Of a DNA stretch of 64,000 bases, positions 28,055 through 37,161 are shown piece after piece. Where the stretch lies: positions 15,012-79,011 of the forward strand of contig CAVTMK010000002.1 in the NCBI GenBank assembly GCA_963735805.1, written 5' to 3'. The position numbers and the translations under genes were made by a program. The notes below the pieces were generated by a model that searched no databases, was not told the origin of the DNA, and saw only the letters and a program-made list of their open reading frames with translations. Each line of letters begins with the position of its first letter. The first letter of the stretch is position 1. The stretch comes from an uncultured Verrucomicrobiae bacterium. GTDB lineage: Bacteria; Verrucomicrobiota; Verrucomicrobiia; Chthoniobacterales; UBA10450.

Positions 28055-28713
28055 AAACACAATTCTTAAACCGATTCGAGGCCGGCCAACTTCTGGCGCA
28101 AAAGCTCCCAGCTTATGCAAATCGGAACGACGTGCTTGTTCTCGCATTGCCCCGCGGCGGCGTCCCTGTCGCAGCCGAAGTGGCCAAAGCCTTAAAAGCG
28201 CCACTTGATGTGTTCGTTGTACGCAAGCTTGGATTGCCTTACCACCCGGAGCTGGCGATGGGGGCAATCGCCACCGGCGGCGTACGTGTGTTCAATGGCG
28301 ATATTGTAAATTCGCTGCAGATACCCGACCAAGTCATTGACGCAGTGAGCGCGCAGGAGTACGCCGAGCTTCAGCGAAGGGAGAAAGCTTATCGTGACGA
28401 TCTTCCACCACCGGAGGTTGAAGGCAAAACCGTCATCCTTGTCGATGACGGCATCGCGACTGGCTCAACCATGTTTGCTGCCATTGCGGCCCTACGACAG
28501 TTGAATGCCGCGTCTATCGTCGTTGCAACGCCTGTTGTCGCACCAACGACGTATCAAGAAATCCAGCGGGCAGCCGATGAAGTTGCGGCGGTAATGACCC
28601 CGGAAGACTTCTACGCGGTCGGCCAATGGTACCAGGATTTCTCGCAGACCGGCGACGATGAGGTTCGCGACCTTCTTGCGCAGGCCGCTCAGCGACAGCC
28701 TGTAGGAGCCTGA
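28051..28713 (+). CDS. Phosphoribosyltransferase-domain protein
   Basis: [27 protein letters not shown] and the PRPP-binding loop [16 protein letters not shown]. The ATG at 28051 overlaps the USP stop (ATGA). Confidence 0.85.
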   Translation: MKTQFLNRFEAGQLLAQKLPAYANRNDVLVLALPRGGVPVAAEVAKALKAPLDVFVVRKLGLPYHPELAMGAIATGGVRVFNGDIVNSLQIPDQVIDAVSAQEYAELQRREKAYRDDLPPPEVEGKTVILVDDGIATGSTMFAAIAALRQLNAASIVVATPVVAPTTYQEIQRAADEVAAVMTPEDFYAVGQWYQDFSQTGDDEVRDLLAQAAQRQPVGA

Positions 28714-28840
28714 GCAAACAAAAAATGTGCAGTTGTTCCCAAAATTCGGCGAGTCTGGTCAATGAGAATCGGCTTCACTGTTCGCACACCCAAACACAAA
28801 CCATAAAAGTGCAAGATGCAATGAAGGTCGATGAAACCCC

Positions 28841-29821
28841 ATGAAAACGCCTACGAAGGAACGCAGCACGACTTCATTGCATCGGTTTGAGGCGAGAACG
28901 CTTTCGGGGTTGCCTCTGCCTGCCGTTGAAATAAAGACAATCCTTGTCCCTTTGGATTTTTCGCCGGCGTCGATCGAGGCGTTAAGTTACGCCGTTCCGC
29001 TGGCGAAGAAATTTGGTGCTGTAGTACATCTGGTTCACGTCAGCTACAAAAAGGACGCTTCGGAGGTATTCCGGCTAGACGAGCTCACATTCGAGACTGT
29101 CGAGTGGATTGATTTTTTACGGGACCGGCTGTCACTAGTTCACCAGAAACACCTCCCTCCTTTTTGGCCGAAGAACGATCATGTGCGTGCTGGAGAACCG
29201 TATGAGCAGATCTGCGAGCTTGCGCGCGAAATCGATGCCGGCCTCATCGTCATTGGGACACGCGGGCACACGGGCTTCAATCGCATGCTTCTTGGCAGCA
29301 CCGCAGAGCGAGTGATTCGCTTCGCGTCGCGTCCTGTCCTCGTGGTCCGAAGACACGAGCGCAAGCAACCAAAAGAATTCATGCTCCGCAAAATTCTGGC
29401 ACCGGTCGATTTCTCTGAATGCAGCATGTTCGGCGCGCTGGACGCGGCATTTTTCGCAAAAACGTTCGACGCAAAACTTTTGTTATTACACGTGTTCGCC
29501 GGCGTAATGCCAGTAGAGACTGGCAAGGCCAGCAAAGCCAAAAATGACGCGATCGATTTGAAGAATGCCCAGCTCGACATGGAAGCGTTCACGCAACTCG
29601 ATTTCCTGCGCAAAGTGAAACACGCAACGGAAATTCGCGCTGGCTACCCAGTAGACGAAATCTGCCGCGAGGCAGCAAAGTCGGAAGTCGACCTTGTGGT
29701 GATCGCCACGCACGGACGCACCGGATTCAATCGCATGTTCCTCGGCAGTGTCGCAGAGCACGTGGTCCGTTACGCAGAATGTCCAGTGTTGGTCGTGCCC
29801 GGTCATCCGTCCGCTTCGTAA
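28841..29821 (+). CDS. Universal stress protein, tandem USP domains
   Basis: TILVPLDFSPASIEAL...[35 protein letters not shown]; KILAPVDFSECSM...LVVIATHGRTGFNRMFLGSVAEHVVRYAECPVLVV. Confidence 0.9.
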   Translation: MKTPTKERSTTSLHRFEARTLSGLPLPAVEIKTILVPLDFSPASIEALSYAVPLAKKFGAVVHLVHVSYKKDASEVFRLDELTFETVEWIDFLRDRLSLVHQKHLPPFWPKNDHVRAGEPYEQICELAREIDAGLIVIGTRGHTGFNRMLLGSTAERVIRFASRPVLVVRRHERKQPKEFMLRKILAPVDFSECSMFGALDAAFFAKTFDAKLLLLHVFAGVMPVETGKASKAKNDAIDLKNAQLDMEAFTQLDFLRKVKHATEIRAGYPVDEICREAAKSEVDLVVIATHGRTGFNRMFLGSVAEHVVRYAECPVLVVPGHPSAS

Positions 29822-29831
29822 CAAAAATTGT

Positions 29832-31166
29832 ATGCCAAAATCTCTGGTTGATCTCGTCAGTGAAAAATCGGAAGCCCTGGTTGGTTCGCCTAACGACTTT
29901 GATTCCCTTGTCGATTTAATCGGCGATGCGCGTTTTGTTTTGCTCGGCGAAGCAAGTCACGGGACGCATGAGTTTTATCGAATTCGGGCACAAATCTCGA
30001 AAGTCCTGATAGCCAGACGCGGTTTTAGTGCCATCGCGGTAGAAGCCGATTGGCCGGACGCATATCGCCTGAACCGATTCGTTCGCGGGGTAGGGAATGA
30101 CAGCGACAGCGTGGAGGCACTAGGTGGATTTCGACGCTTCCCACAATGGATGTGGCGAAATGCTGATGTACTCGATTTTGTCGGTTGGCTCCGCGAACAC
30201 AATGACGAGCAAGCGTTTGAAGATCGGAAGTGTGGATTCTACGGCCTCGATCTTTACAGTTTGCATGCTTCGATTGAGGCGGTGCTCGCTTATCTGGACA
30301 AGCTCGACCCGGAGACAGCAAAACGCGCGCGAAATTACTACAGTTGTTTCGAGCACTTTGGTAAAGACATCACAACTTACGGATATGCTGCCGGCTTTCA
30401 CATGACCCCGTCCTGCGAGGAGGCTGTCGTAGAAAGCCTCGTCGAGCTGCGCCGCAAAGCGATGGATTACCTGCAACGCGACGGCCAGGTCGCGGCCGAT
30501 GCATATTTTTGCGCGGAACAAAACGCGCTGGTTGTGCGAAACGCCGAAGAGTATTACCGGAATATGTTTCGGCGCGAAATTTCCTCATGGAACCTGCGCG
30601 ATAGCCACATGATGGAGTCGCTCCTTCGCATCGCAATTCATCTGAGCAACCAAAAACCGCCGGCGAAAGTTATCGTTTGGGCGCACAATTCACACTTGGG
30701 CGACGCGCGCGCGACACAAATGGGCGACCGGGGAGAACTCAATCTCGGCCAGCTGGTACGCGAACATTTTGGAAAGGAAGTCGTTTCCATCGGGTTCACT
30801 ACCTACGACGGCACAGTCACGGCGGCGTCCGACTGGGACGGACCGGCTGAGCGCAAAAATGTGCGTCCGGCGCATCCGGACAGTTATGAAGCGCTTTTTC
30901 ATCAGGTTGATGTTCCAAATTTCTTTCTCGACTTCAGAAAAAGTGTTGATGTTACCGCGTTGCTGCGCAATGAACGTCTCGAGCGAGCGATTGGTGTCAT
31001 TTACCGCCCGGATACAGAATTGATCAGTCATTACTTCCATGCACGCTTACCAGATCAATTCGACGCCATCCTGCATTACGATCACACTCGCGCTGTTGAA
31101 CCGCTTGAACGGACCGCTGAATGGGAAATGGGTGAAGTTGAAGAAACCTTCCCCAGCGGGCTTTGA
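29832..31166 (+). CDS. Erythromycin-esterase-family protein
   Basis: ARFVLLGEASHGTHEFYRIRAQISKVLIARRGFSAIAVEADWPDAYRLNRFVRG, RDSHMMESL and VWAHNSHLGDAR. The ATG lies 10 nt after the USP stop. Confidence 0.85.
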   Translation: MPKSLVDLVSEKSEALVGSPNDFDSLVDLIGDARFVLLGEASHGTHEFYRIRAQISKVLIARRGFSAIAVEADWPDAYRLNRFVRGVGNDSDSVEALGGFRRFPQWMWRNADVLDFVGWLREHNDEQAFEDRKCGFYGLDLYSLHASIEAVLAYLDKLDPETAKRARNYYSCFEHFGKDITTYGYAAGFHMTPSCEEAVVESLVELRRKAMDYLQRDGQVAADAYFCAEQNALVVRNAEEYYRNMFRREISSWNLRDSHMMESLLRIAIHLSNQKPPAKVIVWAHNSHLGDARATQMGDRGELNLGQLVREHFGKEVVSIGFTTYDGTVTAASDWDGPAERKNVRPAHPDSYEALFHQVDVPNFFLDFRKSVDVTALLRNERLERAIGVIYRPDTELISHYFHARLPDQFDAILHYDHTRAVEPLERTAEWEMGEVEETFPSGL

Positions 31167-31173
31167 ATTCGTT

Positions 31174-31974
31174 GTGTCTGCGCCGAAGCTTTGCTTTTTC
31201 ATTCTGGCCGCTGCTGTCCTCCCTTTATCGGGTCAGACACCTTTCGACCAAAACGTCCAACTCTCGCCGCAAGCCAGGCAGGTCGGTGGTGTCGCAGTCC
31301 CGGTGCCGAAAGAGATCTTCCGTTCCCTGGATCAATTCCGGGACGCGAACTGGCGTGCTGTAAAGCGACCTGAGGTAGCTGGCTGGAAATCACACGGTGA
31401 CCAGGCGCAGATTGCAACGTTGCTCGGAGTCGTAATAGCGGAAGGTTTCATCGCAATGGAAGCGGAAGATTCAGCCGAAGTGAAAGATCTCGGTCGCACC
31501 GTGTTGACGCTAGCGCGAGGGCTTGGCGTGGGAGATCGCGCTCTCCGCCGAAGCCGCAGCATCATAGAATTTGCGGATAAGAACGAATGGGCGGCTGCAC
31601 GGCAGGAATGGGACGGTGTGCTTTCAGATATCGAAGGCGGAATGATTGAACTCAAGAGTACACAGCTTGCCCAACTGGTAAGTGTCGGGGGATGGCTGCG
31701 CGGCACCGAGGCGTTATCTGCGCTGGTACGTCAGAAGTATTCATCCCAGGGTTCCGCGCTCATTCAGCAACCGGTTCTTATTGACTATTTGGAGAAAGAA
31801 CTGCTCGCAATGAGCAGTGACAGCCAAGCTCGTCCTATAGTTGTGAAGCTGCTCGATGGAATACGCAGAATTCGCAGGCTAACCGAAAATGGGCCTTTGC
31901 CTGAAGAAACTGTCCGGAAAGTGCACGGCATTTGCAAAGAGCTGGTGCCACTGTCATCACGGCGGCTTGAGTAA
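31174..31974 (+). CDS. Hypothetical secreted protein (GTG start inferred)
   Basis: Signal-like N-terminus (M)SAPKLCFFILAAAVLPLSGQ, then a helical soluble region. No family recognised. The upstream part of track ORF 31039 overlaps the esterase gene. Confidence 0.45.
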   Translation: MSAPKLCFFILAAAVLPLSGQTPFDQNVQLSPQARQVGGVAVPVPKEIFRSLDQFRDANWRAVKRPEVAGWKSHGDQAQIATLLGVVIAEGFIAMEAEDSAEVKDLGRTVLTLARGLGVGDRALRRSRSIIEFADKNEWAAARQEWDGVLSDIEGGMIELKSTQLAQLVSVGGWLRGTEALSALVRQKYSSQGSALIQQPVLIDYLEKELLAMSSDSQARPIVVKLLDGIRRIRRLTENGPLPEETVRKVHGICKELVPLSSRRLE

Positions 31975-31983
31975 ATTCTCAAC

Positions 31984-32535
31984 TTGAAGCCACGTACGAG
32001 AGCGCTTCATCGAATCGAAGTTTTTGTCGATCGAATCGAGCAGCTTTTCAATTCGATGGATCCGTCGCCGTTCCACGAAAGGGACCTCGACGAGGACGCG
32101 GAAGAATTTATCGTCGGTTGGGCGCGGGAATTTCCGCGGCACGACCCAGTTTCGCTAGTTGTCCACGTCAATCAGCTTCCCGGGCACGGTGACGCGCAAC
32201 ACCTGCTTGAAACCGCTGTGCATAATTATTTTGCCTATCGGGCAAAACTAAACCGACTTGAGTTTCGCTATCTTCTCAAACAAGGCCGGACCAGCCTAAT
32301 GATCGGGTTGGCGTTTCTGGCCGCCTGCATGCTCATGAGCCAGTTGCTGCGTCATCGAGCCGGAACATTACCGATTGTCCTTCGGGAAGGCCTGATCATC
32401 GCCGGTTGGGTGGCCATGTGGCGTCCCATGGAAATATTCCTTTACGAATGGTGGCCGCTCCTGCGCAGGGGCCGCCTCTACCAAAAACTCAGTCAGATGC
32501 GCGTGGAAGTGCGCATACGCAACGCGCAAGACTAA
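31984..32535 (+). CDS. Hypothetical membrane protein (183 aa; soluble N-terminal half + 2 TM), directly upstream of the MgtA-like ATPase
   Basis: TTG start. TM segments SLMIGLAFLAACMLMSQLL and GLIIAGWVAMWRPMEIFLY. The stop is 4 nt before the ATPase start. Confidence 0.55.
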   Translation: MKPRTRALHRIEVFVDRIEQLFNSMDPSPFHERDLDEDAEEFIVGWAREFPRHDPVSLVVHVNQLPGHGDAQHLLETAVHNYFAYRAKLNRLEFRYLLKQGRTSLMIGLAFLAACMLMSQLLRHRAGTLPIVLREGLIIAGWVAMWRPMEIFLYEWWPLLRRGRLYQKLSQMRVEVRIRNAQD

Positions 32536-32539
32536 GGCT

Positions 32540-34993
32540 GTGGTCGCTGGTCTAACAAGCGCGGAAGCCCAAAGACGTCTGGCCGAATTTGGGGAAAACC
32601 GAATAAGCAGTCAACGACGCACCGGAGCGCTCGCGCTTTTCATCGCCCAATTTAAGAGCCCGATTATTCTGATTTTGATTGGCGCGGTGATCGTGTCCCT
32701 GTTCTTGCAGGACCGCACGGATGCAACCTTGATTCTCGCAATCGTGCTGGCGAGCGGCGTGCTCGGATTCTGGCAGGAATATGCCGCCACCGATGCGGTG
32801 GCGAAATTGCGCGCGCTCGTCGAGACAAAGACACGCGTCTTGCGCGATGGCGCTGAAGCGATCGTTCCGCTGGCGGATGTTGTGCCCGGTGATGTGGCGT
32901 TGCTTTCCGCTGGAGCAATCATTCCCGGTGATGGGCGTTTGCTCGAAGTCCGCGAGCTATTCGTCAACGAAGCCGCTCTCACAGGTGAAACATTCCCAGC
33001 GGAGAAAAGCGTTGCCGGACCCTCAATGGCGGACAATCCCAAAGCGGAAGTTTACCTCGGCACGAATGTGGTGAGCGGTTCGGGCAGAGCCGAGATCGTC
33101 GCTACAGGCAAGAACACGCGATTCGGTAAAATTGCGGAGCGTTTGCAGTTGCGCCGCCCGGAAACAGAGTTCGAACGCGGCGTGAGGCGGTTCGGCTATC
33201 TACTCGCGCAGATCACGCTCTTACTGGTACTCGCGATCTTTGCCTTCAACGTCTTCCTGCACAAACCGGTATTCGATTCGTTTCTGTTCGCGCTTGCGCT
33301 TGCCGTTGGGCTGACGCCACAACTGCTTCCGGCGATCATCACGATCAATCTTTCTCACGGTGCGCGGCGGATGGCACAGCAAAAAGTGATTGTGAAACGC
33401 CTGGCTGCTATCGAGAACTTCGGAAGCATGAATGTGCTCTGCTCGGACAAGACCGGGACGATCACAGAAGGCATAATAGACGTTCACGCGGCGGTGGACG
33501 CCCGCGGCGCGGAATGCGAAAAAGCGATGTTTTACGCGTACCTCAATGCCTCAAACGAAACCGGGTTCATTAATCCAATCGACGAAGCAATTCGTGCGCA
33601 TCCGGCGTGGGACTGCACTGGCTGGAACAAGCTCGACGAGCTTCCCTACGACTTTGCTCGAAAACGGTTGAGCATTCTTCTCGAAAAAGAACGGCGGCAC
33701 GTACTGATTACGAAAGGAGCGCTGCGGCAGATTCTGGAAATCTGCTCGGCCATCGAGCGCAACGACGGTACGCGAGACAAGATCGACAATGCGCGCGATG
33801 AGATCGACGAACAACTGCGCACGCTCAGTTCGCAGGGATGCCGGGTGCTGGGCATCGCTTATCGCGAATGCGGTTCCGATATTTCCGCCATCACTCACGA
33901 GACCGAAACCGACATGATTTTCCTGGGACTCGTGGCGTTGTCCGATCCACCAAAAGCCGGTATTGAATCCACTTTAAGCGAACTGCGCGATCTCGGCATT
34001 CGATTAAAGATCATTACCGGCGACAACGTCTTGATCGCCACGCACCTGGCGCAGCAAGTAGGTCTGAACACGGAAAAAGTCCTCGCCGGGCGCGACATTC
34101 AAATGATGAGCGACGCCGCGCTCATTCCACGGGCGAGCGATGTCGATGTGTTTGCCGAAATCGAGCCTGGCCAGAAGGAGCGATTGATCCTTGCGCTTAA
34201 GAAAGCTGGTCATGTGGTTGGTTATATCGGCGACGGGATCAATGATGTGTCCGCTCTGCACGTTTCGGATGTGAGTTTGTCGGTTGATAGTGCTGTCGAT
34301 GTTGCCCGCGAGGCGGCAGATTTTGTCCTCCTCGAACACGATCTTGAGGTTCTGGTCGACGGCGTGCGCGAAGGCCGGCGCACCTTTGCGAATACGCTCA
34401 AGTATGTCTTCATCGCCACGAGTGCGAATTTTGGAAACATGTTCAGCATGGCCGGCGCTTCACTGCTACTGCCATTTTTGCCTTTGTTGCCGAAGCAAAT
34501 CCTACTCATCAATTTACTGACCGATCTTCCTGAGATGACCATAGCGAATGACAACGTTGATCCCGAGCTCACCGAGCGTCCGCGGCGCTGGGATATTCGT
34601 TTCATTCGCCGCTTCATGATTGTATTTGGTCTGGTGAGCTCCGTTTTCGATTTCCTGACTTTCGGCGTTTTGATCTGGTTAAACGCAACCATTGAACAAT
34701 TTAGGGCCGGCTGGTTCATCGAATCAATCGCCTCAGCGGCTCTAATTGTCCTCGTCGTGCGCACGCGTCGTCCATTTTTCAGAAGCCGTCCCAGCAAACT
34801 ACTCGCGCTAGCCACGCTGGTCGTCGTCGTTGTTGCCGCGCTGATACCGTATCTTCCGTTTGCATCCGTGCTGGGTTTTCAAACCATGCCAGGGCATTTT
34901 TATCCGATCATAACTTTGATCGTTTTCGCATATGTCGCAGCTGCGGAGGCGACCAAGGTTTTTTTCTACCGCAGGATCGCGAACGCGCGATGA
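32540..34993 (+). CDS. mgtA: Type IIIB Mg2+-importing-type P-type ATPase (MgtA/MgtB-like)
   Basis: TGETFPAEK, CSDKTGTITEG, ITGDNVLIA, GDGINDVSALHVSDVSLSVDSAVDVAREAADFVLLEHDLEVLVDGVREGRRTFANTLKYV and the MgtA-type C-terminal TM block. Confidence 0.82.
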   Translation: MVAGLTSAEAQRRLAEFGENRISSQRRTGALALFIAQFKSPIILILIGAVIVSLFLQDRTDATLILAIVLASGVLGFWQEYAATDAVAKLRALVETKTRVLRDGAEAIVPLADVVPGDVALLSAGAIIPGDGRLLEVRELFVNEAALTGETFPAEKSVAGPSMADNPKAEVYLGTNVVSGSGRAEIVATGKNTRFGKIAERLQLRRPETEFERGVRRFGYLLAQITLLLVLAIFAFNVFLHKPVFDSFLFALALAVGLTPQLLPAIITINLSHGARRMAQQKVIVKRLAAIENFGSMNVLCSDKTGTITEGIIDVHAAVDARGAECEKAMFYAYLNASNETGFINPIDEAIRAHPAWDCTGWNKLDELPYDFARKRLSILLEKERRHVLITKGALRQILEICSAIERNDGTRDKIDNARDEIDEQLRTLSSQGCRVLGIAYRECGSDISAITHETETDMIFLGLVALSDPPKAGIESTLSELRDLGIRLKIITGDNVLIATHLAQQVGLNTEKVLAGRDIQMMSDAALIPRASDVDVFAEIEPGQKERLILALKKAGHVVGYIGDGINDVSALHVSDVSLSVDSAVDVAREAADFVLLEHDLEVLVDGVREGRRTFANTLKYVFIATSANFGNMFSMAGASLLLPFLPLLPKQILLINLLTDLPEMTIANDNVDPELTERPRRWDIRFIRRFMIVFGLVSSVFDFLTFGVLIWLNATIEQFRAGWFIESIASAALIVLVVRTRRPFFRSRPSKLLALATLVVVVVAALIPYLPFASVLGFQTMPGHFYPIITLIVFAYVAAAEATKVFFYRRIANAR

Positions 34994-35094
34994 GGTTATG
35001 GCACACCGGCCGCAATATTTGCGCAGTTAAAGCCAAGTTGCGGTTATCGCCGAAGCCCGTGCCGAACCATGCTTCGACTGACAAAGGAGGCATT

Positions 35095-35277
35095 ATGAAA
35101 AGAGTTGTACTAACAGTTCTCGAACCAGCGAACATGACTTTACTGCTCGCGTTCACAATCGGTTTCGGCATCGCGGTGCACCCCGTGTTCTTTCTCGCGG
35201 CTTTGCTGCTAGCGATCGCCGCGCTTGTCGAAGCAGTTGCTAACGCGACTGGCCAACTGACGCATCGGCATCCGTGA
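35095..35277 (+). CDS. Small membrane protein (60 aa, 2 TM) downstream of the MgtA-like ATPase
   Basis: Strong SD AAAGGAGG 4 nt before the ATG. Sequence: MKRVVLTVLEPANMTLLLAFTIGFGIAVHPVFFLAALLLAIAALVEAV. Its stop overlaps the next gene's GTG (GTGA). Confidence 0.45.
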   Translation: MKRVVLTVLEPANMTLLLAFTIGFGIAVHPVFFLAALLLAIAALVEAVANATGQLTHRHP

Positions 35278-36074
35278 GACCAACAGGAGCGACCACTCAG
35301 GCTGCCAAAGACCACGCGGCGCCCTTCCTCGCATCGAGGTGGACAATCGCGTTGATCGCTGCGCTGCTGCTTTCAATCGGCGCATCTTCGTTTCTGTACG
35401 CTATCCACTTGAAATCGGAAACCGGTGAAAAGAGTCGCACCGGCCAGAGCGAAAAAATGGGAAAGCTTGGCGAGGTCGATCGCGGCCCGCGCGGCAAGAA
35501 AGAGATCGCGCTCACGTTCGATGCGGGAGCTGAAGCCGAGTGCTTTGACGATTTGATCACAGCCCTCGCGAACACACATGCCAGCAGCACGTTCTTCATA
35601 ACGGGAAGATTCGTCCATGACCATTCAGACTGCACCGCGGAAATCACAAAGCATGGTCACGAAGTTGGAAATCACACCTGGAGTCATCTGAATTTGACCC
35701 AGCAACCGGATAATGTGGTGCGCGATGAAATCATGCGCGCCGAAGGCGCCATTTTTCAAGCCTCCGGGCAAACTCCGAAACCCAGATTCCGGGCCCCGTA
35801 CGGAATTCGGGATGAACGCGTCTTGAAAATTGCGAACAATCTCGGTTACCGATCAATCCAGTGGACCCTCGATAGTCTCGATGGAGTCGAGCCTGCAAAG
35901 AGTTCGCAGTTCCTCATCGATCGGATCACCAGCAAAAGCGACGCCGAACTCGACGGGGCAATCATTTTAATGCACGTAGGCGTTCGCAGCACTGCGGACG
36001 CGTTGCCGGCAATTATCGCCAATTTGCAAGGGCGGGGTTTCCATCTCGTCACGATCTCCGACCTTTTGCAATGA
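35274..36074 (+). CDS. Polysaccharide deacetylase (NodB homology / CE4), membrane-anchored
   Basis: N-terminal [22 protein letters not shown], then NodB motifs [26 protein letters not shown] and RAPYG. Confidence 0.85.
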   Translation: MRPTGATTQAAKDHAAPFLASRWTIALIAALLLSIGASSFLYAIHLKSETGEKSRTGQSEKMGKLGEVDRGPRGKKEIALTFDAGAEAECFDDLITALANTHASSTFFITGRFVHDHSDCTAEITKHGHEVGNHTWSHLNLTQQPDNVVRDEIMRAEGAIFQASGQTPKPRFRAPYGIRDERVLKIANNLGYRSIQWTLDSLDGVEPAKSSQFLIDRITSKSDAELDGAIILMHVGVRSTADALPAIIANLQGRGFHLVTISDLLQ

Positions 36075-36760
36075 AAACCTCATCAACTTTGCGTCTCCGC
36101 GCTCGCCAACGGCTTATTCGTAGAATTCTGGTTCCGGTCGACTTCTCGGACTGTTCACTGGCAGGTCTAAGGTATGCGGTTCGATTCGCCAAGAAGGTGG
36201 GTGCACGCATCATCGTCCTGCACGTCACTGATCTCGGCCCGGTTATGATGACCAGTGGCGGCGGCGATTACGATTCGTCGACTTATATGGAAGCGGCGCG
36301 GCGTCGATGTGGCGATCAGATGCAAGCTTTTCTGAAGCGCGTCGATTGCGGTGGTGTTCCAGTCGATACATCGGCGGTTGCCGGATACTGCCCGGTCGCG
36401 ATTTATGAAGCCGCTGCAAAGAAACATGCCGACTTGATTATTATCTCGACGCATGGGCGGACTGGTTTGCGTCGTGCGCTGATTGGCAGCGTCGCTGAAG
36501 GCACAGTGCGACATGCCGCGTGCCCGGTGCTCGTTGTGCCGTCGTTTACGGGTGAGCGGAAAAGAGGCGGTAAACAAAACCGCGCGCCGGCGAGGCCTCG
36601 CAACAGTTGGCAAAAAGTCACGCACATAGCGAAGTCAAATCCATCTGCGACCGCTCAGGGAGCACCGAAACCGAAACAAAGCGGGCGAGCAAGAAATGCG
36701 CGGCAAATCGCAATCGCTGCGAAGCGTAAATTTGCACGCAGCGCAAGAGTTCAAACATGA
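36071..36760 (+). CDS. Universal stress protein (single domain) with about 70-aa basic C-terminal tail
   Basis: [16 protein letters not shown]...[35 protein letters not shown]. Tail: [22 protein letters not shown]...[34 protein letters not shown] overlaps at both ends. Confidence 0.87.
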   Translation: MKTSSTLRLRARQRLIRRILVPVDFSDCSLAGLRYAVRFAKKVGARIIVLHVTDLGPVMMTSGGGDYDSSTYMEAARRRCGDQMQAFLKRVDCGGVPVDTSAVAGYCPVAIYEAAAKKHADLIIISTHGRTGLRRALIGSVAEGTVRHAACPVLVVPSFTGERKRGGKQNRAPARPRNSWQKVTHIAKSNPSATAQGAPKPKQSGRARNARQIAIAAKRKFARSARVQT

Positions 36761-37143
36761 AGACAACAGTTATGCTTCTACTAACCAACGATAACGGATT
36801 GGAAGATCTCGTTGCCAAAATTCTGTCGGAGATTGGCGGTGTGAGCCATCTCACACACGCCGCGGGCGAGGCGTTAGAAATTATCTGCGGCGTGCACGAC
36901 CTCGATCTTGCCATAATCGACTTCGAACATGGCGCCCACGGAATAACGCTGCTCAGCGCGATCACCACGGTGCGAGAAGATCTTCCTGTAATCGTGATTA
37001 CCCACGACGACGAACAACATGTCGAAGCGCTGGCCTACGCCAATGGGGCTGCGGCTTGCTTTCCAAAAGCAGTGTTGGCGACAGAGTTGGCGACCGCGAT
37101 TCGCAAATTACAACGGCCGCAACCAGAACTGGCTCACGCTTAA
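36757..37143 (+). CDS. Orphan single-domain response-regulator receiver (REC/CheY-like)
   Basis: The beta1 strand [10 protein letters not shown] has only one acidic residue. Present are the putative phospho-acceptor [19 protein letters not shown] (Thr) and ACFPKAV (Lys). No output domain, and no histidine kinase in the window. Confidence 0.55.
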   Translation: MKTTVMLLLTNDNGLEDLVAKILSEIGGVSHLTHAAGEALEIICGVHDLDLAIIDFEHGAHGITLLSAITTVREDLPVIVITHDDEQHVEALAYANGAAACFPKAVLATELATAIRKLQRPQPELAHA

Positions 37144-37161
37144 CCAAAGGAGAACGCGGCA

